DNA of 59,605 nt from a virus. Its lineage: Duplodnaviria > Caudoviricetes. The notes below the pieces were generated by a model. It saw only the letters and a list, made by a program, of their open reading frames with translations. It was not told the DNA's origin and ran no database searches. The DNA is taken from positions 1 to 59,605 of IMG/VR virus record IMGVR_UViG_3300044615_000612. One strand, 5' to 3'. The position numbers and the translations under genes were made by a program. Positions 16,564 through 26,257 of the stretch are shown piece after piece (positions within the stretch are counted from its first letter, which is position 1; every line of letters begins with the position of its first letter).

Positions 16564-17206
16564 GCGTCACCTCTGCGTACTTGGTCAGTCGATCCAACAC
16601 CGCCTGATCGCAGACACGCTCTGCGACTCTCAGCTCCACCCGCTTGAGGACACTGGCGATCTCCTCACCGCTCGTCGCCGCGTCGATCGCCGCCCGGGCC
16701 TTGGATTCGATTTCCATGCCACGGACCTGATTGCGGACAGGTCGCTGCTCCTGCCGCTGCGGCATCGTCTGCTCGCCGTCGTCGTCCTCCTCCGCCCAGC
16801 CACCGACCAAGCCAAGCAGCAGGTACTTCTTGGCGTAGGTGTAGGCACTGCCCAGTGACTGCATGTCCAGCTTGGGCTGGCCGCCCTTGTCCACGCCCAG
16901 GTAGAGCGGGCACAAAGACGTGACGAACTGACCGCTGCTGTGACGCAGCGTGCCCACTGCGATCCACTCGCCGTTCACCCGCGTCAGGCACACCTGCGGA
17001 AGGCTCAGGCCATTGGCGTTGAGAGGGCCACGCAGGGCCTCGCAGATGCCGCTGTACGTGAGATACCAGTACTTGCCGAACTTGTTCTCGCCGGTCTTCT
17101 CAATCGCCGGGTAAGCCGCCTGGGCAGCCACCAACGCCTTGACCAACTCAGACGTGTCTGGGCTGCATGTCAGCCCCGGAAGTGCGCTATCGATCACCAT
17201 GTCCAT
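16397..17206 (-). CDS. erf: Erf-family single-strand annealing protein
   Basis: ALVAAQ...LRHSSGQ...QSLGSAYTYAKKY...EDDDG. Confidence 0.88.
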   Translation of the reverse strand: MDMVIDSALPGLTCSPDTSELVKALVAAQAAYPAIEKTGENKFGKYWYLTYSGICEALRGPLNANGLSLPQVCLTRVNGEWIAVGTLRHSSGQFVTSLCPLYLGVDKGGQPKLDMQSLGSAYTYAKKYLLLGLVGGWAEEDDDGEQTMPQRQEQRPVRNQVRGMEIESKARAAIDAATSGEEIASVLKRVELRVAERVCDQAVLDRLTKYAEVTHGEPERLDGNGESDEGRRAEGSRRVGGGVVRNRGQRSEGRDDVPQLRPVATGQGD

Positions 17207-18065
17207 TCCTCCTAGTCCATGGAGGGAAGACCAACTCCCCCTCCTCTTCGTCCTCGTCACTGCGGTAGTAGCCCAGCTCACGGCGCAGGGCGATCTGGTC
17301 CAGCGTGCGAGCGATCTGCTCGCGGGCCTGCTCCACCAGATCAGTGGGCAACGTGTAGACGCGCACGCCAAACGGCTTGACCGTCTGGGCGAACACAAAC
17401 TTCAGCCGATGCGGAGGCCAGTCACAGGCGAGTGCGGCATCGGAGTACCAGGCGTCCTGCCAGAGATAGCCGTAGTCCATACAGGACCTGTACAGCTGAT
17501 CCCATGACGAGCTGGTGGTCTTGAAGTCCCAAAGGAACAGCTCGGTCACCCCGTCGGCCAATGCCTTGCGCTGGTGGCCGGCGGCGTCCGTGTGCCGGAA
17601 GGTGGCCTGGCAGTCCTGGGTGGCATCGAAGATGTCCACCACCACCGGGTGGCGGGCACAGTTGTCCAGGATCCGCTGGATCCGCCAGTAGTCCTCGGCG
17701 GTCACGTCCTGCTTGCTGCCAAGGTTGGCCTTCCACTCCAGGTAAGGCTTGCCCCGGCGGGCACCGTTCGACAGGACCTCGTCCGGCGGTACGGCGTAAA
17801 TGTCCGACAGGGGCACCCCGGCGATGCTGGCTGGGATAGCCCTATCTACGAGCGTCCCAAAGGACGTTCCGGCGTTCCCGCTGAACAGGGACTCGCCGTT
17901 GTCCAGGCACTCCTGGGCCAATCCTCCGCCCCGGTACACGGCATGGGCGTAGGATCTGGTGTAGTGGCCATCGTCCTGCCGGTAGGCCCGGTCGATGGCC
18001 TCTTGGTCCAGCAGCTGCCGGGTGCTTGCGTCCAGGCACCCCCCGGTGTAGTGTCCCCCTGTCAT
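17187..18065 (-). CDS. RecE/DUF3799-like PD-(D/E)xK exonuclease
   Basis: FGTLV...KALADG...WDFKTT...YGYLWQDAWY; adjacent to erf and ssb. Confidence 0.82.
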   Translation of the reverse strand: MTGGHYTGGCLDASTRQLLDQEAIDRAYRQDDGHYTRSYAHAVYRGGGLAQECLDNGESLFSGNAGTSFGTLVDRAIPASIAGVPLSDIYAVPPDEVLSNGARRGKPYLEWKANLGSKQDVTAEDYWRIQRILDNCARHPVVVDIFDATQDCQATFRHTDAAGHQRKALADGVTELFLWDFKTTSSSWDQLYRSCMDYGYLWQDAWYSDAALACDWPPHRLKFVFAQTVKPFGVRVYTLPTDLVEQAREQIARTLDQIALRRELGYYRSDEDEEEGELVFPPWTRRNGHGDR

Positions 18066-18260
18066 CGGATCACCCCCCGCAGGCGCCGCAGTGCGCTGCG
18101 AGGGCGGCCAAGCACCAGCAGGGTGCAGGCGTCGCCCAGCGAAATAGCCAGAGTGGCAAGCCGGACAAGAGGCCGGGAACAGCTAGACAACTGAGCTAGC
18201 TGCCCGGACCCCTTGACTGTCTGCCAGCTTGCTGAAAAGTCAAGGTAGGCACCTTCAGTC

Positions 18261-19085
18261 ATGACACTCCTCATAGACTACGCCCGCCGATACGCCCAAC
18301 GAGTCGGGGCTTCCCCCGGGTATTTAGAGCAGTTGGAGGTCTTCACCCAGCGTCTTCCTTGGCACGTGGAGGAGGTCACCACCGAAATGGTGGACTCCTA
18401 CTTGACTACCGCTCTAGCTAAATTGAGCCCCACTACAGTCGCCAACCACCGCAGATACCTTACAACCCTCATGACCGCCGCCAAACGCGACGGGCTGAAC
18501 AGTTGTACAGATCGCTTCCGCCGTGTCAAGGTTCCGCGTCCGGTTCCCAGGGCGTGGTCCCTGGACGAACTGCGTCAGCTGATTGCTGCTGCGAGACAGA
18601 CGCCAGGTCATTTCCGTGACCTCCCTAAAGCCGACTTCCTGGTCGCTTGGTTCCTATCCGGCTACGCGCTGGGCCTACGTGCCGGCGACCTCATGGCGAT
18701 GAGGTGGGCCGACGTGCGCGGGCGAAGAATCTATCTGCGGCAAAACAAAACGTCAACACCCCACGTCGCGGTTTTTACAGACGAGGCGTTAGCCGCGTGT
18801 CAGCGGCTTCCGAAGCGGCCCAGGATCTTCGGAGACTTCGCCGCGCAGAACACCATCCAGCAATGGGTCAAGGAATGCAGCGTCCGTGCAGGTCTGGACG
18901 GCACCACCAAGTTCCTGCGTCGCAGCTGTGCGACTTACGCCAAGGTCCATGGCATGAGTCCACAGGCCAAGCTTGGTCACCTCACGCCTGGGCTAGCAGA
19001 ACGCTGCTACGTCGATCAGCTCTTGTACGAGCAGGAGACGGGGGCCAACAGCGAGCCACTGCCAGCAGTGCTAGCCCACTCCTAA
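18261..19085 (+). CDS. Tyrosine recombinase (compact, 274 aa)
   Basis: GLRAGDL (Arg), QNKT (Lys), FLRRSCAT (HxxR position), LGH, RCYVD (Tyr). Confidence 0.85.
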   Translation: MTLLIDYARRYAQRVGASPGYLEQLEVFTQRLPWHVEEVTTEMVDSYLTTALAKLSPTTVANHRRYLTTLMTAAKRDGLNSCTDRFRRVKVPRPVPRAWSLDELRQLIAAARQTPGHFRDLPKADFLVAWFLSGYALGLRAGDLMAMRWADVRGRRIYLRQNKTSTPHVAVFTDEALAACQRLPKRPRIFGDFAAQNTIQQWVKECSVRAGLDGTTKFLRRSCATYAKVHGMSPQAKLGHLTPGLAERCYVDQLLYEQETGANSEPLPAVLAHS

Positions 19086-22000
19086 TGCAGCCAGCGGATC
19101 CAACTCATTCTGCCTAGCTTGCTCACGCCTGCGGCGTGACGCCTCAGCCTGAAGAATTCTGTACAACAAGTATTGCCGCGACTCTTCCGGGCTCAGTCGT
19201 TGGATGTCTTCTGGCTTGATCGATAGGTTCTCAAACGTGGACATGCCAGGGGCCTGGTCCAACAGCTGGTTGAGCGTGGTGCGTGCGGCCAGCCGCATCG
19301 TCCGGTCCTGGTCAACGTCCTGAAACTTGACGCCCGTGAGCGTGTTGATCAGGAACTTGGCCGCCTTCTCCGACGGGCTGATGCGGTCGTCCAGGTAGTT
19401 GCGGTACAGCCCAAGGGCCCTGGATCCACCAGGCGCGTTAGCGAGGAGCTGTTCCAGCGGCCGTCCCCACGGACCGATGCCTGCTTCCAGCGTGGAGTAC
19501 AGGTCACTCAGCTGCCGGCCTGAGTAGAACTGTCGGTTCAAAACCATTTCCAACGGCCCCTTCAGGAGCGGGTTGGACTGTCCAAGGATGTTGCTACCTG
19601 TCTTCTGGATCGCATCAGCGAACCGCCCGGCCAGCGTGTTGCCGACTCCTGGAGAGACAAGGTTTAGCAATCCCTCTTGCGGCAGGTCGATGTTGTCTAG
19701 GTAGCGTGTGACGCCGGGAGTCTGGAGTCCAAGAAGTGGAGTCGATGGATCGATGGCGATGGCCGTTGATTGCCGAAGATGCTCTGGCACAAATCGGTCA
19801 GGGCTTGGCTCGGTCAGCCGGTTCACCGCCCGGATCGATTGGCCCATCAGCCCGGCCGGCTTCTCGGTCAGCTCCTGGAAGATGAGCGGCGTGATGCCTC
19901 GCGTAAAACGGTAGAACGGGAAAAGCCGGGTGAGGTAACGGCGTTCAACCTCGGTGAAGTTCTCCGGCGAATACAGCACCTGACTGATGTCGGCTGTGCG
20001 CTTGGCAGCCAGCGGCGAGTCGCCACGGCGGATGCGGGTCAGGTAGCTGCCGACGCGGTTCATCGCATCGGTCATAGAGGCCGTGCGGTCCGAAAGGTCC
20101 AGCAGCATGTTGGGGTTTGGACCGGCGCCGCGTACTGAGTACGGGTACCACGTGCGGAACGCCGTGAGCGGCTTGTTGAAGACCCCCGTGAACAGCCCGC
20201 CAGCGCCACCCGGGAAGTTCTCCCGGTAGTTGAGGTTGCCCGCTCCCACGCCCAGCTCGTCCGCCACGCTCTGTGATGTGAGATTCACACCTCCGGCGTC
20301 AACTGACCACCTTCGGATCAACAACTCATCCAGCAACTGGTCGTCGCTTAGGCCACGGAAGCGTGGGCTGTTGCGGATCGGATCCAGAAGGCTTGGGTTG
20401 GCGGCGACCTCTTCACGGGCACGCTCGTACATCGGCGTGCCACGCAGCCGTGCAGGCAGGTTCCGGTAGTTGCCGCCCGCCACCTGGCCGGCGACCACCT
20501 GATCACGCAGCAGCGGATCGAATGCGCCCTGCGTGGCAGCGGCGAACTGCCCAGAGTAAAGGTCACGCATGTGCCGTGACGGGCTTGCCAATGCCAGGGT
20601 CTTAAACCGATCCGTCACCGCATCCCAGGCGGCCAGGAGCCCGCGGGCCTCACGCGGGGCACGGCTGCCGACAATCTTCTGGTTCCAGTGATCGATCACG
20701 TCCTTGGGGAACGAGACGTTTTGCAGTTGGTCCAGCGTGAGTCCTGCCCGGTCGGCCAGGATCTGAAGTGCAGGAATGGCCCCGCCCGCACGCTCGGTCA
20801 CATCGAAACCGCCTAGTGCCTGCAACGCCTCCATGGGCGTGTACGCCTGGCCACCAGGCACCAAATTGGCTGGCCTGTCGAATCGATTGGCCGGCAGGGC
20901 CAGCTGGTCCAGGAAGAGATTGGCCGTTGTGTTCCGCTGGCCCATGTTCCGGAGGTAGCTGGACAGATCGTTGCCAACGTCTCCGTACTTCCGCAGTCCC
21001 TGCTCGCCAGCCTGGAGCGGCGTGCGGCGCAAGCTGTCGGCCAAGTCAACGTATGCCGCCGCAACCGGGTCCGTGGCACCAGCCAGGAGATCGTTGGGAT
21101 CGATGCCGTCCCGGAGGTAGTCGAACGGTCCGACACCTTGCGGCAACCAGGCACGCTCTGTGCCGTCACGCATGGTGATGCGGGCGTTGATGGCCAGCCA
21201 ATCATCAATAATGGCCCGTGCCCTGGTGGGGCCGCTGTTGGCCGCGTCGCGGAGCGCCGCCTGGAGCCCGGCGTCGGCGTTCATCGCGTCCAGGACCCAC
21301 GTGGGGAACGCCCGGTTGTACGTCTCACGCTGGGCGAACGCACCCTGGCCAGTGTCGGCCACCGCAAACCCTCTGGGCGGGCGTGTAGGGCGAGGGGCGA
21401 ACCGTGGGTCCACTCTTGGACTGTCGATCTCTGCCAGCTGACGGGGTGCGTAACCGATCTCGTTGGGCAGCCGTGTCGTCTGGAACCGCAGGCCAAGTTC
21501 CTCGGCCAACCCCGGCTGGCGGTCGATGAGGTCGGTGATGGCCTGCACGTACTGCCGACCTGCATCGGAGGACAGGGCGTCTACGATGTTCTGCGGGATG
21601 CGGTCGCTCTGGTTTTCCAGCAGGTCACGCAGGCCGATCCGGAACTCAGGCGAACGGAAGATGTCCTCGCCTATGTCCCGTGCCGCTGGTACTTCGATCT
21701 CGGCCAACTGCCGGGCCACTTCCCGGGCGTTGCGCTGCTCGGCCTCCGTGAGTTGACGACCCATCCACATGCTGTCGGCGTCATCGAATCCCTTGACGCG
21801 GGAGTCGAACAACGCCTGCGCCGTCCGCATGGCCGGGCCGGTGTACGGGTTGGTGAAGAGCGAGCCGCGCAGTCGATCGGATGTGCGGGCGGCGAAGTCA
21901 CCGAATGTCTGACCATACAGGTCGGCCGCACCGTCACCGTATCCGGGAAACGAAACGCGGTGCGACCGGGCCAGAGGTGCATTCAGCAGTTCATCCGTGC

Positions 22001-22571
22001 CGCCGTAGGTTTCCCATGCCCGCCTGGCGGCTTCTACCGCTTGGTCATCGCCAGCGGATTCAATGAGGTTGAGCGGCGTGTTGCGGCGGAGATATTCCGC
22101 AGGCCCGCCAAACCCGGCGTTGCGAGCCGCCAGTGTGATGTCGTCTGGCGTGATGCCCGCCTTGGCTGCGGCCCGGAATGCTGCGGTCTTGGAGCCCTGG
22201 CCAAGCAATGCAGACAGGCCCAGTGACGCATAGGTCAATGGGTCCAGCAGGACCTCGGCACCAAGGCCACCAGCGAAGTTGCCCCACGTATCCTCTTCGC
22301 CGGCCAGGCCGTACTGACGCAGCAGCTCACGTCCTGTGACGCGGTCGTCGGACGTGCCGAACACTGACAGAGGATCGCCTGCCAGAAGACCTCGGACGAA
22401 CGCTCCGGGCGTGTCCAGCAGATATCCGAATGCCGAGAGCCCGCTGGCCCCCATGTTGGCCAGGCCACGGAGAAGGCCGTCCTTCTCCTCCGGCGGCATG
22501 AGGTCCTCTAGCCGCTCCGCCCCAAGCGTTCCATACGGATCGTAGATGTCGAAGAGGGGAGAGCGGGCCAT
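19071..22571 (-). CDS. Large internal virion/ejection protein
   Basis: 1166 aa; last gene of the structural block; LLDPLTY and LFPFYRF motifs typical of large podoviral internal proteins. Confidence 0.7.
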   Translation of the reverse strand: MARSPLFDIYDPYGTLGAERLEDLMPPEEKDGLLRGLANMGASGLSAFGYLLDTPGAFVRGLLAGDPLSVFGTSDDRVTGRELLRQYGLAGEEDTWGNFAGGLGAEVLLDPLTYASLGLSALLGQGSKTAAFRAAAKAGITPDDITLAARNAGFGGPAEYLRRNTPLNLIESAGDDQAVEAARRAWETYGGTDELLNAPLARSHRVSFPGYGDGAADLYGQTFGDFAARTSDRLRGSLFTNPYTGPAMRTAQALFDSRVKGFDDADSMWMGRQLTEAEQRNAREVARQLAEIEVPAARDIGEDIFRSPEFRIGLRDLLENQSDRIPQNIVDALSSDAGRQYVQAITDLIDRQPGLAEELGLRFQTTRLPNEIGYAPRQLAEIDSPRVDPRFAPRPTRPPRGFAVADTGQGAFAQRETYNRAFPTWVLDAMNADAGLQAALRDAANSGPTRARAIIDDWLAINARITMRDGTERAWLPQGVGPFDYLRDGIDPNDLLAGATDPVAAAYVDLADSLRRTPLQAGEQGLRKYGDVGNDLSSYLRNMGQRNTTANLFLDQLALPANRFDRPANLVPGGQAYTPMEALQALGGFDVTERAGGAIPALQILADRAGLTLDQLQNVSFPKDVIDHWNQKIVGSRAPREARGLLAAWDAVTDRFKTLALASPSRHMRDLYSGQFAAATQGAFDPLLRDQVVAGQVAGGNYRNLPARLRGTPMYERAREEVAANPSLLDPIRNSPRFRGLSDDQLLDELLIRRWSVDAGGVNLTSQSVADELGVGAGNLNYRENFPGGAGGLFTGVFNKPLTAFRTWYPYSVRGAGPNPNMLLDLSDRTASMTDAMNRVGSYLTRIRRGDSPLAAKRTADISQVLYSPENFTEVERRYLTRLFPFYRFTRGITPLIFQELTEKPAGLMGQSIRAVNRLTEPSPDRFVPEHLRQSTAIAIDPSTPLLGLQTPGVTRYLDNIDLPQEGLLNLVSPGVGNTLAGRFADAIQKTGSNILGQSNPLLKGPLEMVLNRQFYSGRQLSDLYSTLEAGIGPWGRPLEQLLANAPGGSRALGLYRNYLDDRISPSEKAAKFLINTLTGVKFQDVDQDRTMRLAARTTLNQLLDQAPGMSTFENLSIKPEDIQRLSPEESRQYLLYRILQAEASRRRREQARQNELDPLAALGVG

Positions 22572-24193
22572 TACATTGTGTATACGCCGTCTGGCATACG
22601 GCCTGGGTTGTTAAATCCTTCTGGCATTGGCGGCGGCACGTCCCCGGCAGCGCGTCTCGCGTCTAGGTATGCGTCAATCTGAGCCGGCTTGTAGTTCAGC
22701 TTTTCCATTTCTCGTCGGAACTCAGCCTCTCTTCTGGCCATGCTGCTGGGGCCTGGATCAAGGAACCAATGCCGGTATCTTTCTTGGACATGTCCGGCAC
22801 TAAGTCCCTCACCCATCTGCTCGCCACGCTGCTGCGACAGCCGGACGGCCGGCTCTCCAGTTATCCCGGCCATCTGAGCTTGCATGCGTGCAGCATCTAA
22901 CGGGTTCTCTCCGCCACCACGCAGGGCAGCGTTGGCCAGGTCGAACGCACGCTGCATGTTCATGGCCTCACGCATCGTTGGCGTCATGCCACGCAGGTCA
23001 GGAGCGAGACGCTGGGCAGCCACTGCGTTCTGCCATTCGTTGGAGTCAGGCCCGCCCATCTCTCGGAACGCCAGCTCATTGCGGAACTGCGGTGCCATGC
23101 GGGCTCGGCGGTTGGACTCTATGCGCTCACGCTCGGACGCGGCACGGGTGTCAGCGATCAGGTCACGGAGCTGCTGGGCGCTCTTGCCCTCTGCCTGTTC
23201 AGCAGTCAGTCCTGCACGTCCGCGAAGGCTACGCAGGAGACGATCAGTCCTCCGGCCCTCATACGCAGAGTCCATCTGCTGACGCAGGGCCTGGGTGAGC
23301 TGTTCGCCCTCCAAGCCGCCAGCCTGAAGTTCCGCCCGCGTCTGGAGCTTCACGTCGGGATTATCGCGCATCATGCGAGCGATTTCTTCGTCCCCAAGCT
23401 CTGTCTTGGCCCAGACTGTCTCTACGCCATAAGGGCCGTGCCGCTGTACGGCCGTGTACCCCTTGCGCCGCAGGTCAGGGCGGTCCAGGTTTTCGCTGAC
23501 TTCGCCGCGATCCACTCGCTCACCAACCCGCTTCTGCCCGCCAACGGCAATATCCGTAGCGCCCGGTGCGGCATTGGGCATGTACGCCCGCTCCAGGTAG
23601 GTGACCGATCCGTCCGGGGCGTACACAGGCACCCAACCAGAACCACGGCTGAAGCCCACTTTGGCTGCTTCGCGGTCAAACTCTGACCGCTGCATATCCG
23701 TAATTTGCTGCTCTGTCTTGCCCTGGTTCCGCAGTTCGTCTTTTTCGTCTTCAGTCAAGAGCCTGCGCCTGGAGTACTCGGCGGCCTCGCCCTGAGAACG
23801 AAACGGCTCACCGCCGCCATAGCGAGAGCCGAACTGCCGCGAGTCCATCAGGTCGCGCCCCGCCTGCTCAAGACGGGATCGCGGACGCTCACGCGGCGCG
23901 GCAGCCGGCATGGGCTGTGGTCCGGCCCGCCGTTCTGCCAGGTCTCGCTCGGCGTTTTGCAGCCAGCCGTCAAAGCTGGCGCGTCGCGCGGCTTCGGCCG
24001 GGCTCACAGGGGGCGGGCCGGACGGTGCGCTGGAGGGGGGCGGTGCGGCTGGCATGCGCTGCCCAACGGCTGCCATCGCAGCTGCGAGCATGTCTTCGTT
24101 CAGGAAGGCCCGCGCCGCCTCCAGCTCTTCAGGCGTAAGGTCTTCGTCGCTGGCAATCGGCAACGACGGCGCACCATCAGTCCTGGATCGCAT
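22571..24193 (-). CDS. Putative internal virion protein
   Basis: 540 aa, helical and charged; gene position. Confidence 0.6.
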   Translation of the reverse strand: MRSRTDGAPSLPIASDEDLTPEELEAARAFLNEDMLAAAMAAVGQRMPAAPPPSSAPSGPPPVSPAEAARRASFDGWLQNAERDLAERRAGPQPMPAAAPRERPRSRLEQAGRDLMDSRQFGSRYGGGEPFRSQGEAAEYSRRRLLTEDEKDELRNQGKTEQQITDMQRSEFDREAAKVGFSRGSGWVPVYAPDGSVTYLERAYMPNAAPGATDIAVGGQKRVGERVDRGEVSENLDRPDLRRKGYTAVQRHGPYGVETVWAKTELGDEEIARMMRDNPDVKLQTRAELQAGGLEGEQLTQALRQQMDSAYEGRRTDRLLRSLRGRAGLTAEQAEGKSAQQLRDLIADTRAASERERIESNRRARMAPQFRNELAFREMGGPDSNEWQNAVAAQRLAPDLRGMTPTMREAMNMQRAFDLANAALRGGGENPLDAARMQAQMAGITGEPAVRLSQQRGEQMGEGLSAGHVQERYRHWFLDPGPSSMARREAEFRREMEKLNYKPAQIDAYLDARRAAGDVPPPMPEGFNNPGRMPDGVYTM

Positions 24194-24194
24194 G

Positions 24195-25274
24195 TCACTT
24201 CCCCATCAGAATGCGTAACTCGGATTTCGTAATAGGCTTCTGCCCGCGGACGACCTCCAGTGCCCGCTGCGGATCTACTCCGGCAGCGTGCAGCTTGTCC
24301 CACCTGGCCTGGTCTTCGTTGGTCAGCTTGAGGCCGGTCTGATTGCGTGCGCCGCGGGGGATGTCCGGCAGGTTCTGCTTCCACTTGTACTGCCCTTCTG
24401 GACCGTCGGCGTAGTACTTGACCTCGGCGTCCGAAGCTTCTTGGATTGGGCCAAACGATTGCGCACGCATCTGCGCTACCATGTCGTCATCTGAGAACGC
24501 CGGCATCTCTTCTTCTGGCACGTCAATCTCAGGTGAGGCAAAGTCCAGCTTCTGCAATGGATCGGTCAGCATCCCGTCCATCATGGTGTAGCCACGCTCG
24601 CCAACAGAGGCGGGCTGGCTGTAAACGCTGCCGTCGTCTTCCGCCGGTACAGTCAACGGAATGTCCCGGACAGTGTCTGGCATGAAGTCGCCAGGAGTGT
24701 CGGCCTGATCAAGCGCGACAGCAGCACCAAGTCCAGCTGCGGCTGCGCCCAGACCGCCCATGGTCGCATTAAGGCCAACCTTGAAGGCCGCGTCATTGGC
24801 CATGTCGGCCTGGCCGCTGGCGATCCGGGCCTGACGGGCGGCTTCGATGTTCTGCTGGGCGATGTCGAACAGCTGCTGACGCTCGCCGCCGTAACGCTCG
24901 GCATTGACGCGGTCCAGCGTCCGCATGCGTTCGTTGCGACGAAGCATGTCCATCACGTCTTCGCCGCCCATGCCGGGATCCACGGCGCGGTTGTAGTCGG
25001 CTGCGTCTAGCATCCGCTGGACGGTGGGGCCAAAGAGCCCTGGATCGGCCTCACCGAACTGGCGACCCGTTGGGATTGGGAGTTCGATGTCCCGGAGTGG
25101 CTCCGGCTCCGGGCGGCCGAAGTGCCGGGCCAGCTTGACCTCCTCGGCGGCGCGTGCAGCGGCCATCACCGACGGGTCATTGGGCAGCTGGCGGAAGAAC
25201 CGCGCCATCTCCGGCGGTGTCCCCATCAGCTGGCGCACTTTGGCGACAGGGTCTCTGAGAAATGGATTGCCCAT
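24195..25274 (-). CDS. Putative internal virion protein with central Gly/Ala TM-like segment
   Basis: GGLGAAAAGLGAAVAL; gene position. Confidence 0.6.
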   Translation of the reverse strand: MGNPFLRDPVAKVRQLMGTPPEMARFFRQLPNDPSVMAAARAAEEVKLARHFGRPEPEPLRDIELPIPTGRQFGEADPGLFGPTVQRMLDAADYNRAVDPGMGGEDVMDMLRRNERMRTLDRVNAERYGGERQQLFDIAQQNIEAARQARIASGQADMANDAAFKVGLNATMGGLGAAAAGLGAAVALDQADTPGDFMPDTVRDIPLTVPAEDDGSVYSQPASVGERGYTMMDGMLTDPLQKLDFASPEIDVPEEEMPAFSDDDMVAQMRAQSFGPIQEASDAEVKYYADGPEGQYKWKQNLPDIPRGARNQTGLKLTNEDQARWDKLHAAGVDPQRALEVVRGQKPITKSELRILMGK

Positions 25275-25504
25275 CAGTCGTCCTCGTCTTCGTCTTCGTC
25301 CATCGGATCGATGGCGGCAGGCTTGCCACGCTTTTCTTCGGTCAGGTCGGCCAGGTCGTTCTGTTCCTTGTGGGCCTTGGCAGGCTCCGACAGCTTCTTG
25401 AGGATCTTTTCTTCTTCCCCCTCTTCAGCCACAAGCAACTGCTTCACAAGGCGCTTGAGCGCGCTGTTGGTCAGGTCATCCAGGTCGAAGTCGATGCGTG
25501 CCAT
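25274..25504 (-). CDS. Small acidic protein
   Basis: Coupled stop/start on both sides. Confidence 0.65.
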   Translation of the reverse strand: MARIDFDLDDLTNSALKRLVKQLLVAEEGEEEKILKKLSEPAKAHKEQNDLADLTEEKRGKPAAIDPMDEDEDEDD

Positions 25505-25917
25505 TATCCAAGTAACCCCCCAAGGAGTCCTCCTGCGAAGTTCATCACAGCCTGCTGACGTTGCAGTGCTGCCATCTGCTGTGCGTAGGAGTCCTGTTGT
25601 TGCAGGCCGGCTAGGGCCTGGGCTCGTTGCTCCTGTAATGACTGTCCCTGGAGGGCTAGGTTGGCGTTGTATTGCTGGTCGTCCATCTGCTGGCGGTAGG
25701 CGTCAGCGATTCCCTGAGAGAGGGCCTGGGCGGCGTTGATCCCGGCCTGGTTGCGTTGGGCACCGCCGCGGGAAAGCCCGGCTCGGTCCAGGCTCTTCAG
25801 CTGGAACCGCGGATCGCCCATGGCCAGGGCCTGGGCCATCTGCTGGTTGAATCCAGACTGCATCTGACCAGGGGTGAACCCTGCCGGCGGCGTCTGGTTG
25901 ACGAATACTTGGTTCAT
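25504..25917 (-). CDS. Gln/Ala-rich putative ejection protein
   Basis: Q-rich coiled coil ending FAGGLLGGLLG. Confidence 0.65.
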   Translation of the reverse strand: MNQVFVNQTPPAGFTPGQMQSGFNQQMAQALAMGDPRFQLKSLDRAGLSRGGAQRNQAGINAAQALSQGIADAYRQQMDDQQYNANLALQGQSLQEQRAQALAGLQQQDSYAQQMAALQRQQAVMNFAGGLLGGLLG

Positions 25918-25921
25918 TTGG

Positions 25922-26257
25922 TCACCGCAGGAGGTCGTTCAGGAGCGATCCCTGGAATCCCAGCATGGCCTGGAGCCTGCTGTTGCCCAGGTTCTGCTGG
26001 TTCTGCCTGTCCTGGGACAACTGCGTCAGTCCTGCCAGGACGTTCTGCATTTCTTCCTGCTGCTGCTTGGTGGCGTATGAGTCCTGCATCTGTTGGGCGT
26101 AGCGGCTCATGTCCACAGCCTGCCGCTGCATCATGCTGTTCATTACATCAGCATGGTTCTGGTTGTATTGGTACGGCAGGCCCTGCTGCTGGAATGCTTG
26201 CAGCGGCTGGGCTGTCTGCGGCGGAGCGTTCTTGAGCTGTGTTTGATATTGCATCAT
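25922..26257 (-). CDS. Gln-rich putative ejection protein
   Basis: Q-rich; C-terminus FQGSLLNDLLR resembles the neighbour's. Confidence 0.65.
   Translation of the reverse strand: MMQYQTQLKNAPPQTAQPLQAFQQQGLPYQYNQNHADVMNSMMQRQAVDMSRYAQQMQDSYATKQQQEEMQNVLAGLTQLSQDRQNQQNLGNSRLQAMLGFQGSLLNDLLR

Noticed and set aside
13490-17206. Alternative genetic code suggested by several long gene overlaps (erf/ssb and others)
   Set aside because: TAA, TAG and TGA all end credible genes, and core genes are uninterrupted; stop-poor off-frames in GC-rich DNA explain the overlaps.
18066-18260. tRNA-derived attP or tRNA gene next to the tyrosine recombinase
   Set aside because: No T-arm/CCA or cloverleaf pattern recognised here or elsewhere by eye; tRNAscan was not run.
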